A stretch of 64,000 nt of DNA from Candidatus Atabeyarchaeum deiterrae (lineage in GTDB: Archaea; Asgardarchaeota; Atabeyarchaeia; Atabeyarchaeales; Atabeyarchaeaceae), in NCBI GenBank assembly GCA_037310415.1, contig CP147780.1, positions 1,280,001 to 1,344,000 of the forward strand, given 5' to 3'. Below the pieces are notes generated by a model that had not been told where the DNA came from, did no database searches, and saw only the letters and a list, made by a program, of their open reading frames with translations. Every line of letters starts with the position of its first letter. Position 1 is the stretch's first letter. Below, piece by piece: positions 28,877 through 38,467 of this stretch. Made by a program: the position numbers and the translations under genes.

Positions 28877-30106
28877 ATGGTTGAGAAACTCAAGGGGAAA
28901 CTTGTTGTAGGACAATCAGGTGGTCCGACTGCGGTGATTAACAGCAGTCTAGCAGGAGTTATCGAGGAAGCCAAGCGACATTCTGAGATCAATGGGGTCT
29001 ACGGGATGCTGAATGGCATAGAAGGAATTCTGAATGAGCGCCTCATCGACTTGAGACAGGAGTCTCCATCAACGATTAAGAAGTTGACTTCTACCCCGTC
29101 AGCCGCGCTTGGCTCATGCAGGCACAAGTTGGTAGTTGACAATTATGCCAAGATCGTGAGTGTGTTGAGAGCTCACGACATCCATTACTTCTTCTATATT
29201 GGCGGAAATGACTCAATGGATACAAGTCTAAGGATATCTCAACTGGCCCAGAAAGAAGGTTATGACCTTAGGGTGATTGGCGTTCCAAAGACAATAGACA
29301 ACGATCTTGAGGCAACTGATCACTGCCCCGGTTACGGAAGCGTTGCTAGGTGGGTTGCCATATCGACCATGGAAGCGGGACTAGATAGCGTGGCAATGAT
29401 AACGTTCGACAAGATCAAAGTAATCGAGACCATGGGACGTTACGCAGGTTGGATCACAGCAGCATCAGCTTTAGGCAGGAGGTCTGAGGATGATCCACCG
29501 CACCTGATCTATGTTCCAGAAATCCCATTTAGCCGCGAAAAGTTTATTGCTGACGTCAAGGAGGTCTATGATCGACTTGGCTTCTGTTTCGTAGTAGCAT
29601 GTGAAGGATTGAAGGATGAGAACGGCAAGCCCCTCGTAGCATCCAGGAAGGGACTCGATTTGGACGCTTTTGGCCACGAACAATTCGGCGGTATTGCCGA
29701 CTACCTCTCCCAACTCGCCTCTAGCAAACTGAATTTGAAAGGACGTTTTGATAAGCCAGGTACTCTACAGCGGGTGTCAATGACAACTGCATCAAAAGTG
29801 GATTTGGAGGAAGCATACTCAGTCGGAGAGGCAGCTGTGAGACAAGCGGTGAGTAACCAAGAAAATGACAAAATGATCACCTTGATCAGAAAACCCGGCA
29901 GAGTTTACCAGTCAACAACTGGTTTAGTCGAACTGGAGAAAGTTGCCAATGCCACCAAGTTTTTGCCGAGAAACTTCATCAACAACGATGGAAATGGTGT
30001 TACAGAAGAGTTTCAGAAATATGCCATGCCTTTGGTAGGTGACCCCCTGCCAGAATACGTTATCCTTAAGAAGGTGCTCATCCAAAAGAAGTTGACAACC
30101 TCATAA
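28877..30106 (+). CDS. PfkA-family 6-phosphofructokinase, probably PPi-dependent
   Basis: Motifs QSGGPT.VIN, LGSCR, IGGNDSMD, PKTIDND, ETMGR.AGW, Y.PE. Confidence 0.93.
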   Translation: MVEKLKGKLVVGQSGGPTAVINSSLAGVIEEAKRHSEINGVYGMLNGIEGILNERLIDLRQESPSTIKKLTSTPSAALGSCRHKLVVDNYAKIVSVLRAHDIHYFFYIGGNDSMDTSLRISQLAQKEGYDLRVIGVPKTIDNDLEATDHCPGYGSVARWVAISTMEAGLDSVAMITFDKIKVIETMGRYAGWITAASALGRRSEDDPPHLIYVPEIPFSREKFIADVKEVYDRLGFCFVVACEGLKDENGKPLVASRKGLDLDAFGHEQFGGIADYLSQLASSKLNLKGRFDKPGTLQRVSMTTASKVDLEEAYSVGEAAVRQAVSNQENDKMITLIRKPGRVYQSTTGLVELEKVANATKFLPRNFINNDGNGVTEEFQKYAMPLVGDPLPEYVILKKVLIQKKLTTS

Positions 30107-30164
30107 AGATGACAGACAGCTTCAATAAGCAAAGAGTACTCGAAAAAGGAGGCGCGAACTAGCA

Positions 30165-30827
30165 ATGGCTTCTTTTTTAAAACGTTTGTCTCAGCCAAAC
30201 GTGGCTGCACTATGTGGTTTCACAGGTCCCTTCTTCGCTTTTCTATGCATAATGATAGCAATCTTGGTTTCACCGTGGTTTACCTGGCAAGGTAATGCTT
30301 TGAGTGACTTGGGACACCCTTCAAGATATGCTGAGTCTCCCTTGTCATCATTTGTCTTTAATTATGGTCTCATCATAGCTGGCATAATAACGCTATTCTT
30401 CGTATTTGGACTTTGGACGAAGGTCAAATCGATTCTTGCACGCATATCCACAGTGATATTGCTTGTTGCTGACATAGCCCTAATTTGCATCGGGGTTTTT
30501 CCTGAAACCATGCCGCCTTGGCACTTTATATTCTCGGTGATGCTGTTCGCATCAGCAGCACTGTCCATACTCTTCTTCGCTGCAGCCTTGATGGTTCATC
30601 GACCAACAAGGAGGATTGGTCTGCTTTCCCTCATAATAGGTTTCATTGCAGCAATCCCATGGATACTAGTCCTCGTATTCGGTGCCATCGATGGAATCCC
30701 TGTGTTTCTTAACTATTGGCAGCATGCTGCAGTACCTGAGACCATCTCGGCAGTAGCAGCGTATGTTTGGATATTGTTCATGAGCACTAAGTTAACTGGC
30801 GACACTGATATCATACCCCGAAAGTGA
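30165..30827 (+). CDS. DUF998 membrane protein (copy 1)
   Basis: 'SPWFTW..NALSDLG...FN.GLI..G', 'GVFPE.....H', 'AVPE'; about 6 TM helices. Confidence 0.85.
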   Translation: MASFLKRLSQPNVAALCGFTGPFFAFLCIMIAILVSPWFTWQGNALSDLGHPSRYAESPLSSFVFNYGLIIAGIITLFFVFGLWTKVKSILARISTVILLVADIALICIGVFPETMPPWHFIFSVMLFASAALSILFFAAALMVHRPTRRIGLLSLIIGFIAAIPWILVLVFGAIDGIPVFLNYWQHAAVPETISAVAAYVWILFMSTKLTGDTDIIPRK

Positions 30828-30899
30828 ACCACCTGAATACGGAATCATGAAACGGATGGAAGGTAGAGGAGCAGGCAAGAAAGGAGGGATAAAATAGCA

Positions 30900-31514
30900 A
30901 TGGCATCAGTTTTGGGACGCATCTTTGGATCGAAACCGACTGCAATATGTGGTATTCTTGGCCAGTTGTTGGTTTTCATTGCCATTGGTATAGCGATCTC
31001 AGTCTCCCCATGGTTCACATGGACAGGCAACGCGTTAAGCAATTTGGGTGACCTAAACAATCCTATCTCCGCACCAATCTTCAACGTTGGACTCATAATC
31101 GGCGGAATAATAACCGTTTTATTCACTCTTGGGCTTGCATGGAATGCAAGAACTCATGCTCTGGCTCTCATAGGGGCAATCGCACTCTTGTTCGCAGGCG
31201 TAGGTTCAGTCGGAGTCGGGATATTTCCGGAGAATTTCATAATGCCACACGTCATATCTGCGGTACTGATCTTTGTAGGAGTCATTGTGGGGTTGCTGTT
31301 ATTCGGGTTTGCCTTAATCCTTCGAAGATCCACGAGGATACTTGGTGTTCTCTCTATCATACTAGGTTTGATCGCAATGTTGATCTGGTTCCTTCCATGG
31401 CAAGGCATGGGTGTAGCAATACCTGAAACAGTCGCAGCGGTCGCGGGATATATATTGAGTCTAATAATGAGTGCCAGGTTGTTGGCTGGTAAGGAAGTAA
31501 TACCTAAGAAGTAA
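30900..31514 (+). CDS. DUF998 membrane protein (copy 2, tandem paralog)
   Basis: Same motifs: SPWFTWTGNALSNLG, FNVGLI, GIFPE, H, AIPE; shared C-terminal 'IP.K'. Confidence 0.85.
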   Translation: MASVLGRIFGSKPTAICGILGQLLVFIAIGIAISVSPWFTWTGNALSNLGDLNNPISAPIFNVGLIIGGIITVLFTLGLAWNARTHALALIGAIALLFAGVGSVGVGIFPENFIMPHVISAVLIFVGVIVGLLLFGFALILRRSTRILGVLSIILGLIAMLIWFLPWQGMGVAIPETVAAVAGYILSLIMSARLLAGKEVIPKK

Positions 31515-31718
31515 TACGATGACCTGGGAATTTCAGTCTCATGGGAGCGAGACTAGCAATAGTCTCGTCCAGTCTTTTTCGAGTTTTGCAGACAAAACTT
31601 CTTATAATAGTTTTAAGATGAGTTCTTACACGTTACTGACGTCAGCACAGAAATCTATTCAAGGATTCTGTCAGACTGACGTCGAGCGAATCATCATGAT
31701 TATCGAGAGGAGTCTCCT

Positions 31719-32651
31719 ATGAGCGACATATGCGTAGTCGGAGATAGTGGCCTCGTGTTCACAATTGCCAACGAGTTAGCTGCCGAATCCATCAAAATTG
31801 ACAACAGAGTATTTCCTGACGGTGAGCTCCAGCCTAGGATACTCCTGAGACGAATCGAGGACATCAAGGGCAATAATGTGGTAGCTGTTTTTCAGAAATT
31901 GGAAAGCGAAAATGTCAACAACTACGTTTTGAGAAGCTTCATTACGCTATCGACCTTGACTAGATATGGCGCGAAGAGACTGATTGCGGTGTTTCCATAT
32001 TTCGCTTATGCAAGACAGGACAATGAATTCAGGTTGGGTGAGCCTGTTTCCTGTGGAATCGTCGCGAAGATCTTTGAGGACATTGGAGTTACAGACTTCA
32101 TAACGGTCACCTCACACGTTCACCGCATCACTGGAATAGAGAAGTGGTTTCCTAAAATCAAGGCTTATGATGTCTCTGGGGTAACCGCACTCGCTGAGTT
32201 TGTGAAAACCAAGGTTGAAAACCCAGAAGAATGCATGGTCTTCTCTCCCGACGGAGAAGGACTGGGATGGGCAAAAGAGATGGCAGCGATCATAGGTTCT
32301 AGCCAAGCGTCTGCCTTGGAGAAAGTACGCGATGTTAACACGGGTGAAATCACCCAGAAGTTGGTTCAGGATGTCGATGTGAAAGGGAAGTCGATTGTGA
32401 TAGTAGATGACATCGTTAGCACAGGTAAAACGATCGCTCGGGCAGCGCACATTCTCAGAAAAGAGAGGGGTGCCAAGAGAGTTGCTTTCACCTATGTCCA
32501 CGCTGTTCATAGTCCCGGAGCGGTTGAGTTAATGAGAAAGGAGTCACCACCCTTCATAGCTACCACAGATACTGTGGCAACCTCAGCAAAAGGCATCGAA
32601 GTTGTGAGTGTGTCAAATCTGATCAGTGAAAAAATAAAGTCGATTATATGA
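31719..32651 (+). CDS. prs: Ribose-phosphate pyrophosphokinase
   Basis: Motifs FPDGE, PYFAYARQD..F..GEP, SPD, LEK.R, IVDDIVSTG.T, VH. Confidence 0.93.
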   Translation: MSDICVVGDSGLVFTIANELAAESIKIDNRVFPDGELQPRILLRRIEDIKGNNVVAVFQKLESENVNNYVLRSFITLSTLTRYGAKRLIAVFPYFAYARQDNEFRLGEPVSCGIVAKIFEDIGVTDFITVTSHVHRITGIEKWFPKIKAYDVSGVTALAEFVKTKVENPEECMVFSPDGEGLGWAKEMAAIIGSSQASALEKVRDVNTGEITQKLVQDVDVKGKSIVIVDDIVSTGKTIARAAHILRKERGAKRVAFTYVHAVHSPGAVELMRKESPPFIATTDTVATSAKGIEVVSVSNLISEKIKSII

Positions 32652-32694
32652 TGTTCTTGAAGAAAAATGGTATTGGCTTCTTGAGTGATCCTAG

Positions 32695-33711
32695 ATGCCT
32701 CGACCCGGTGTGTCATTCTCAGCACTGGTAGGCTTATTCGCTCTTCCCCTGATCTTGGTATTGGTGATTGGCTACGCCCCTGCCGCCATCACACCAAACT
32801 CCAATTTCTTCACTCTTTCCATTAATGGGACCCCCAATATCAACGTGTCTAGCTGGACTCTGGTCGTGGATGGGCGGGTGAACTACCCACTGACCTTTGA
32901 TTACGCGAATTTTACTGTCCAGCCAAACGCGACGGAGATTGCTAAGCTGCATTGTGTGTCGGGACCGTCTGGCACAGCATCATGGACTGGGATCCCTCTC
33001 AACAATATCCTAGCGATGGCTGGCGTTCAGTCAGGTGCAATGGACGTGGTTTTCTACGGGGCGGACGGATACACTTCCTCACTCACGTGGCCAACCGAAA
33101 ATGCATCCGATGTTCTACTCGCTTTCATGATGAACGGGGAGACACTGCCACCAGATCAAGGGTTCCCTATGCGGGTTGTGGCGCCGAATGACCAGGGGTA
33201 CAAGTGGGTTAAGTGGGTGTATCGGATCGAAGTGGTCGACTACGACTACAAGGGATACTGGGAAACTCGTGGGTGGAGTGACAATGCCCGCATGGCAATT
33301 CTAAGTGACTGGCCGTTGCATGCTGCCCTATTGTCAGTTTCATTCTTGTTTGGCGGTCTCGCGGCGATCTCAGGGGTGAGGTTCTCCCCGACTATGAATG
33401 CATTCAAGGACTTGCCAAGGTTTGTGTCACGCAAGTTCCATCTCATTGCATCCGTGTTCTTCGTCGTCTCTGCAACAATTACCTTTGGTTACTGGGTTGT
33501 CGCAACTTTGCTCGCGCGAGGGTCAATCTTCTTCACGCTTCATGGGATAATAGGGCTATCCAGTATCGGCCTACTCATCGCCGGGGCGTTAATACAATTA
33601 GTAACAATGAGGCGGTCCTCGGCTAAGCGATCGTGGCATGGGAGGATGAGTCTGTACGGATTCGTACTCTTCGCAATAACTATCTTCTTAGGATTCCTAA
33701 TGGCCGCCTAG
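32695..33711 (+). CDS. Sulfite-oxidase-family molybdopterin oxidoreductase (MsrP/YedY-like) fused to a C-terminal 4-TM His-rich domain
   Basis: Motifs LHCV (Mo Cys), W.G.PL, DGY.SSL, MNGE.LP..QGFP.R...P...GYK.VKW, GYWE.RG. Four TM helices follow, each near a His. Confidence 0.85.
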   Translation: MPRPGVSFSALVGLFALPLILVLVIGYAPAAITPNSNFFTLSINGTPNINVSSWTLVVDGRVNYPLTFDYANFTVQPNATEIAKLHCVSGPSGTASWTGIPLNNILAMAGVQSGAMDVVFYGADGYTSSLTWPTENASDVLLAFMMNGETLPPDQGFPMRVVAPNDQGYKWVKWVYRIEVVDYDYKGYWETRGWSDNARMAILSDWPLHAALLSVSFLFGGLAAISGVRFSPTMNAFKDLPRFVSRKFHLIASVFFVVSATITFGYWVVATLLARGSIFFTLHGIIGLSSIGLLIAGALIQLVTMRRSSAKRSWHGRMSLYGFVLFAITIFLGFLMAA

Positions 33712-33875
33712 CTTGTGCCGATATAATGATCTAGGCCACCGAAACACCGCCCAAAGAAGTGGATAATCTCATTCTTAGGTATCGAAAGGGAGACGTATGA
33801 CAGCCTTCCGTACATTCGTCAATTGCCGAAGATTGACACGAATTTTTTGGAGGTGATTATCTAATTTGGCTAAAG

Positions 33876-33884
33876 TTTAAAATA
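33876..33884 (+). promoter_or_regulatory. TATA box upstream of the HU gene
   Basis: TTTAAAATA preceded by AAAG, about 55 nt upstream of the GTG start; GGGGGTGA RBS. Confidence 0.5.
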
Positions 33885-33939
33885 GCAGATAGGACATTAA
33901 AAGAGAAATGACGTTCGAAACTGGGGGTGAAAAAGGCAA

Positions 33940-34227
33940 GTGAATAAAGGCGATTTGATTGACCAAGTAGCCAAAGCAATCGAGGGCACCAAAGTGACTG
34001 CAACGAAAGCGGTAGACGCCATCTTCGAGCATATGACTGCCGCTCTGGTGAAAGGGGATAAGGTATCCATAGTTGGATTTGGAACTTTCCTGGTAAAGAA
34101 GAGAAAAGCCAGGACGGGAATTAATCCGAAGACAAAAGAAAAGATAGAGATTCCTGCCAAGCATGTTCCGGCATTTAAGCCTGGCGCTGAGTTGAAGTCC
34201 AAAGTACTTCACTTGAAAGCTCAGTAG
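33940..34227 (+). CDS. hup: Bacterial-type HU DNA-binding protein
   Basis: MNK.DLI..VA......K..A...VDA.F......L.KG.KV...GFGTF....RKARTG.NP.T...IEIPA..VPAFKPG..LK..V. Confidence 0.95.
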   Translation: MNKGDLIDQVAKAIEGTKVTATKAVDAIFEHMTAALVKGDKVSIVGFGTFLVKKRKARTGINPKTKEKIEIPAKHVPAFKPGAELKSKVLHLKAQ

Positions 34228-34297
34228 TGCAAACGCAATCAGGGAGATTTGCCCGAGGCGAGAAGCTGGAGCTATCGAATATTTGGCTGGTCTTCTT

Positions 34298-34804
34298 TCA
34301 GAGAAACTCCAGTAGTTCTGACAGATGGTGGATGTCTTTTCCCATTTGCAGAACTATACCTTTTCCTTTCAATGCCTTTTTAACATCAAGGCAGAATTTC
34401 TCAACATCATCTATGAACATGACTTCATCAGGCGATATATCTAAGTTATCCTTTTTCTTGAATTCCTTGAGGATCTCAAGAATGTTGTTCCCCTTGTCAC
34501 CGAAATTGATCTTGCGATGTTCGAAGAAATCGCCGAGTTCCAACACTTGGAGGATTGTTTCAGCTTCACGGAGTTTATTGACACTGTCCAACGAGATGTG
34601 AATCCCTCTCTTCTTAAGCTCGCTCAGGACAGCTCTAGCTTCCTCATCGAGGATGATCTTGCAGCGTTTGGAGTCCTCCACCAGGTCGCGATCGAGTCTC
34701 TTTACTGGTAGAGTCACCTGACCTAGGTAACAATCTGAATTGCTGCTGAATATTACGTCGTCAGCATCGAAAACTACTAACTTGATTCTGGCCATGACAA
34801 CCAC
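34298..34804 (-). CDS. HAD-IIIC magnesium-dependent phosphatase-1 family
   Basis: Motifs LVVFDADD, S.N, K, FIDD; capless HAD size. Confidence 0.8.
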   Translation of the reverse strand: MVVMARIKLVVFDADDVIFSSNSDCYLGQVTLPVKRLDRDLVEDSKRCKIILDEEARAVLSELKKRGIHISLDSVNKLREAETILQVLELGDFFEHRKINFGDKGNNILEILKEFKKKDNLDISPDEVMFIDDVEKFCLDVKKALKGKGIVLQMGKDIHHLSELLEFL

Positions 34805-34952
34805 AATAAGCTAATGATTTCAGCTTTTGTTCCGAGATTCCTCTATCGTGAATAATGTAAGTAACTATATTACTTTTCACATGCCTAAGAACATATCAGA
34901 TTTGTTGTCTACCCAAGCTAGGTTGAATAACTAATCGAGGGTCGGGTGTCAA

Positions 34953-35873
34953 ATGGTGGCTTCCACATTTGATCTTGGTGAGGGCATCATTCTAATCGAC
35001 AGCGGTGCCCTAGGAGTAAAACACTACTGCTCGAGCTACGTGATCTCTTCCGATGATGAGCACATCCTAATAGAAACTGGTCCGGGCACCTCTGTGCATA
35101 CTCTGCTTGATGGGATCAAAGAACTGAAGCTGAGTTTGAACTCATTTACGAACATAATTGTGACACACGTTCACCTTGATCATGCCGGGGGAGTCGGAGA
35201 CATAGCCAACAAAATGACAAACGCGAAAGTTGTAGTTCATGAGACTGGGGCGAAGCACCTCGTCGATCCATCACGACTCGTTGAGAGTGCAAGGAGAGTC
35301 TTTGGTGAATCTTTTTACCTCTATGGAGACCTCAAACCCGTTGACGAAAAGAGAATTCAACCCGTCAAAGACGAGGACGAAGTCAGGTTCCGAAGCGGCA
35401 AGAAACTCAGAATAATCTATGCACCTGGACATGCATCGCATGAAATCTGCATCCTTGATGAACAGACGAAGGCACTATTCACTGGTGATGCAGCGGGACT
35501 ATATTTCGATGATACCGATGAGGTTGTCCCAACAACTCCGCCGCCTGACTTCGACTTGGACCTCTCGCTCCAAACGATAGACAGACTGCTTAAGCTGGCA
35601 CCGAGTCGCCTGTTCTTCTCCCACTTTGGAGTAGTCAATCAATCCAAGAAGATACTTGCAGAAGCTAAAGAACAACTAATAGTTTGGGGTGAGAGAATTA
35701 TAACAGCTTACACAAAGGATTCTAGCGACCCCAAGATAAAACTCGAGAAGCTGTCGGCGCAACTCGAAATTAAGACAAAGACTCTGCCCATTGAAGTTAA
35801 ACAAAGACATCTCAACATGTGTGTGGACGGCTATCTGAGGTTCTACAGAAAAAAGAAGAATCTCCAAGTGTAG
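34953..35873 (+). CDS. MBL-fold metallo-hydrolase
   Basis: Motifs THVHLDHAGG, H..GAKHL.DP, PGHASH, FTGDA.G, P.TPPP.FD, HFG. Confidence 0.92.
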   Translation: MVASTFDLGEGIILIDSGALGVKHYCSSYVISSDDEHILIETGPGTSVHTLLDGIKELKLSLNSFTNIIVTHVHLDHAGGVGDIANKMTNAKVVVHETGAKHLVDPSRLVESARRVFGESFYLYGDLKPVDEKRIQPVKDEDEVRFRSGKKLRIIYAPGHASHEICILDEQTKALFTGDAAGLYFDDTDEVVPTTPPPDFDLDLSLQTIDRLLKLAPSRLFFSHFGVVNQSKKILAEAKEQLIVWGERIITAYTKDSSDPKIKLEKLSAQLEIKTKTLPIEVKQRHLNMCVDGYLRFYRKKKNLQV

Positions 35874-36039
35874 ACAGAGCCGAGTTTAGGCCTTCGCGAC
35901 CAGCTGTTCCAGCAATCCGTTTTGGGTGCAAACAGGAAGTTAGAATATCACTTTATTAGAGGGAACTCTAGAAAGAATATCATTAACTAGGGTAGCAATG
36001 CTTCTGCGAAATCGAGTCTTTCCACGGAGGAGTCTCTCG

Positions 36040-38448
36040 ATGAAGGTTGGGATAGAGAAGAACTGTTTCGTGATCAACGGGAAGGAAACAATGCTACGTG
36101 CCGGCGAGTTTCACTACTCCAGAGTCCGTAAGGATCAATGGAGCGACAGGCTGTCAAGAATGCGTGAGGCTGGACTGAATACAGTAAGCACATACATCAT
36201 GTGGAATTGGCATGAGATCGCAGAAGGAGTATTCGATTTTACTGGACGCACTCATCCCCAAAGGGACGTGGAGTATTTCCTGGATCTTGTCGGAAAATCG
36301 GGTTTGATGCTCATATCAAGACAGGGTCCTTGGGTATGCGCTGAGTGGTTGAACGGCGGATACCCACAGTGGCTGTTTGATAAGCATCCTGAGATAATGA
36401 GCTTGGACTCGACTGGCAAGGTTACCTACAGGATGGAGCCTCATGCTCCAGTTGTGTCATACCTGCACTCCACATACCTAGACTATTCGAAAAAGTGGTT
36501 TGACGCGTTCACACCTCTCCTGAAGGAATTCGAGACAAAGTATCCGGATCAGTTGCTTCTTGTACAGGCCGATAACGAGACCTGTTACGGTTTCCATGCA
36601 CCACCTTTTGAGGCAGACTACAACCCTGTAAATATCGGCTCGAAGGAGAAGGGAATTGAAGGACTATACCAGAAGTGGCTGAGACAGAAATATCGAATTA
36701 TCTCAACTCTTAACAAGCTCTACGGCACAAAACATGACGCTTTCGTCGATATAGAGCCTCCACGTTCAGCGCCCAAAAATAACGGTTCATTGTTAGCCGT
36801 ATTTGACTGGACCGCTTTCAAAGAAGATACAGTCATTGAGTTCCTGGAAATAGTTGCCAAGATGTATAGAAGGCATGGCATAAAGGCGACTGTCTCTACC
36901 AACGATATACTGAGCGACACATTGACGATTGGGAGTCCTTGCAACATCTATAAGAAATCTCGCCATTTCTTTGAAGGGATCGACATGTATCCCAGTGTCT
37001 TCAAAGACATGCTCGACGTCACAACCAAGGTGGTGGAGCCAGTTGAGATATTCAAGGCGCAGTCACCAGAGAAATATCCCACGAGCCTTGAGTTCCAAGG
37101 TGGATGGTATAATGCTAAGGTGCCGCTCAATACAACCCACCTTCATCAGAGACTCAGCTTCGCACATGGGCTGAAGGGTCTTTCGTACTATATGTGGGTT
37201 GGTGGAACCAATCCGAACGGATGGGGTACTACGGGTGAAAGCTATGATTACGACTGCGCAATACAAGAGGATGGGCTAGATGGTCGCCGTCTGCCTGTTA
37301 TGAAGCGCTTCCTTGAGTTCACGCGAACAAATGAGAAGGTCATACTTGAATCTGAGAAGGTCGCCGAAATAGGCATCTTGTATTATCAGCCATACACATT
37401 TTGGTGTGCCTCAATAAACCCAAAGTCAGCAGGGCTGGCATACAACATTGCATCTGAACACAGCCGTCTGTCCACCTTCGAGACGGCTTTGCAGATGCTC
37501 GGCTTCAATTTGGAATACTTTGACATAGAGCATACAAGTGTTGCGGATATTAGAAAGTACAAATTGCTTATTGCTCCACTCTATGAATTCCTGGATAAAG
37601 ATTCTCAGGAAATGTTGCTGGACTCAGCAAGAACCGGGGCTACCATAATTATCGGTCCAATGATCCCATACTTGGGCGGAAATCTTGAGGCTTGCCCAAG
37701 TCTACAAGACGCACTGAAGGTGAGAGTTGCGGAGAGCGTTGAAACTGATGAAGTTGAACTGGTAGGCTCTGGCAGTTTGAGTATTTCGAAAGTATGTGTT
37801 CTTAAGAGTGAGGCTGATGATGCCATTGCCGTCGCCAAGGTAAAGACTACTGAGAAAATATGCGGCTATCTAAGGAAAGTCGGCAAAGGAAGGATAATAG
37901 TTCTAGGTTTTCTGCCATCCAGACTAAAAGACGAGGCAGAAATGAAGACATTTCTCAACTTTCTGGAGAAATTTGACACCAAGCCCCTTGCCTCATCCAA
38001 TCAGAAGAATGTCAATGTCGTTGAGCGGTTGACTCCAAACGGTTCAGCTCTCCTCTATGTCTCAAACCTCTCGGAAGAAGAAAAAGAGGCAGAATTCAAG
38101 TTCATCGATCCGAAAGATCGAGCCAAGTGGATGGAAATCCAAGGTGTCTCGATCCCCAAAAGGAGTGCATTGGTTTGGCCGATCAACTTGAAAACTGGAG
38201 TTGGCGAGATAAAATACTTGACAAGCGAAATCATTGGGATCGAGGAAAAGGCTGATGAAACTATAATACGCGCCTGGGGATACTCAGGGACAAAAGGCGC
38301 AGTGATGGTGAAGCTCGCAGAGTCTGATAGGGCTGATCAGATGTATTACAAGCATTTACCGCAAGGAATGAAAATGGAATTTAGGAGCGGCAGAGGCGCA
38401 ATCATAATACTTGTGGAAGGAATAGGTCCCTTCTCCGACCTACCCTAA
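36040..38448 (+). CDS. GH35-type beta-galactosidase / exo-glycosidase
   Basis: Motifs GEFHYSR...W.DRL, GLNTV.TY..WN.HE..G.FDF, R.GP..CAEW..GG.P.W, QADNE (acid/base), LEFQGGW (nucleophile), YM..GGTN, SYDY...I.EDG. ATG at 36040 follows GGAGGA (ORF track starts at 35998). Confidence 0.9.
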   Translation: MKVGIEKNCFVINGKETMLRAGEFHYSRVRKDQWSDRLSRMREAGLNTVSTYIMWNWHEIAEGVFDFTGRTHPQRDVEYFLDLVGKSGLMLISRQGPWVCAEWLNGGYPQWLFDKHPEIMSLDSTGKVTYRMEPHAPVVSYLHSTYLDYSKKWFDAFTPLLKEFETKYPDQLLLVQADNETCYGFHAPPFEADYNPVNIGSKEKGIEGLYQKWLRQKYRIISTLNKLYGTKHDAFVDIEPPRSAPKNNGSLLAVFDWTAFKEDTVIEFLEIVAKMYRRHGIKATVSTNDILSDTLTIGSPCNIYKKSRHFFEGIDMYPSVFKDMLDVTTKVVEPVEIFKAQSPEKYPTSLEFQGGWYNAKVPLNTTHLHQRLSFAHGLKGLSYYMWVGGTNPNGWGTTGESYDYDCAIQEDGLDGRRLPVMKRFLEFTRTNEKVILESEKVAEIGILYYQPYTFWCASINPKSAGLAYNIASEHSRLSTFETALQMLGFNLEYFDIEHTSVADIRKYKLLIAPLYEFLDKDSQEMLLDSARTGATIIIGPMIPYLGGNLEACPSLQDALKVRVAESVETDEVELVGSGSLSISKVCVLKSEADDAIAVAKVKTTEKICGYLRKVGKGRIIVLGFLPSRLKDEAEMKTFLNFLEKFDTKPLASSNQKNVNVVERLTPNGSALLYVSNLSEEEKEAEFKFIDPKDRAKWMEIQGVSIPKRSALVWPINLKTGVGEIKYLTSEIIGIEEKADETIIRAWGYSGTKGAVMVKLAESDRADQMYYKHLPQGMKMEFRSGRGAIIILVEGIGPFSDLP

Positions 38449-38467
38449 AAAGCGCCTGGCGCATTTC

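Noticed and set aside
15950-35982. Recurring ATATCA in several upstream regions as a TrmB/TGM-like operator
   Set aside because: It is only a 6-mer and never forms the full TATCAC-N5-GTGATA palindrome; its frequency is compatible with chance.
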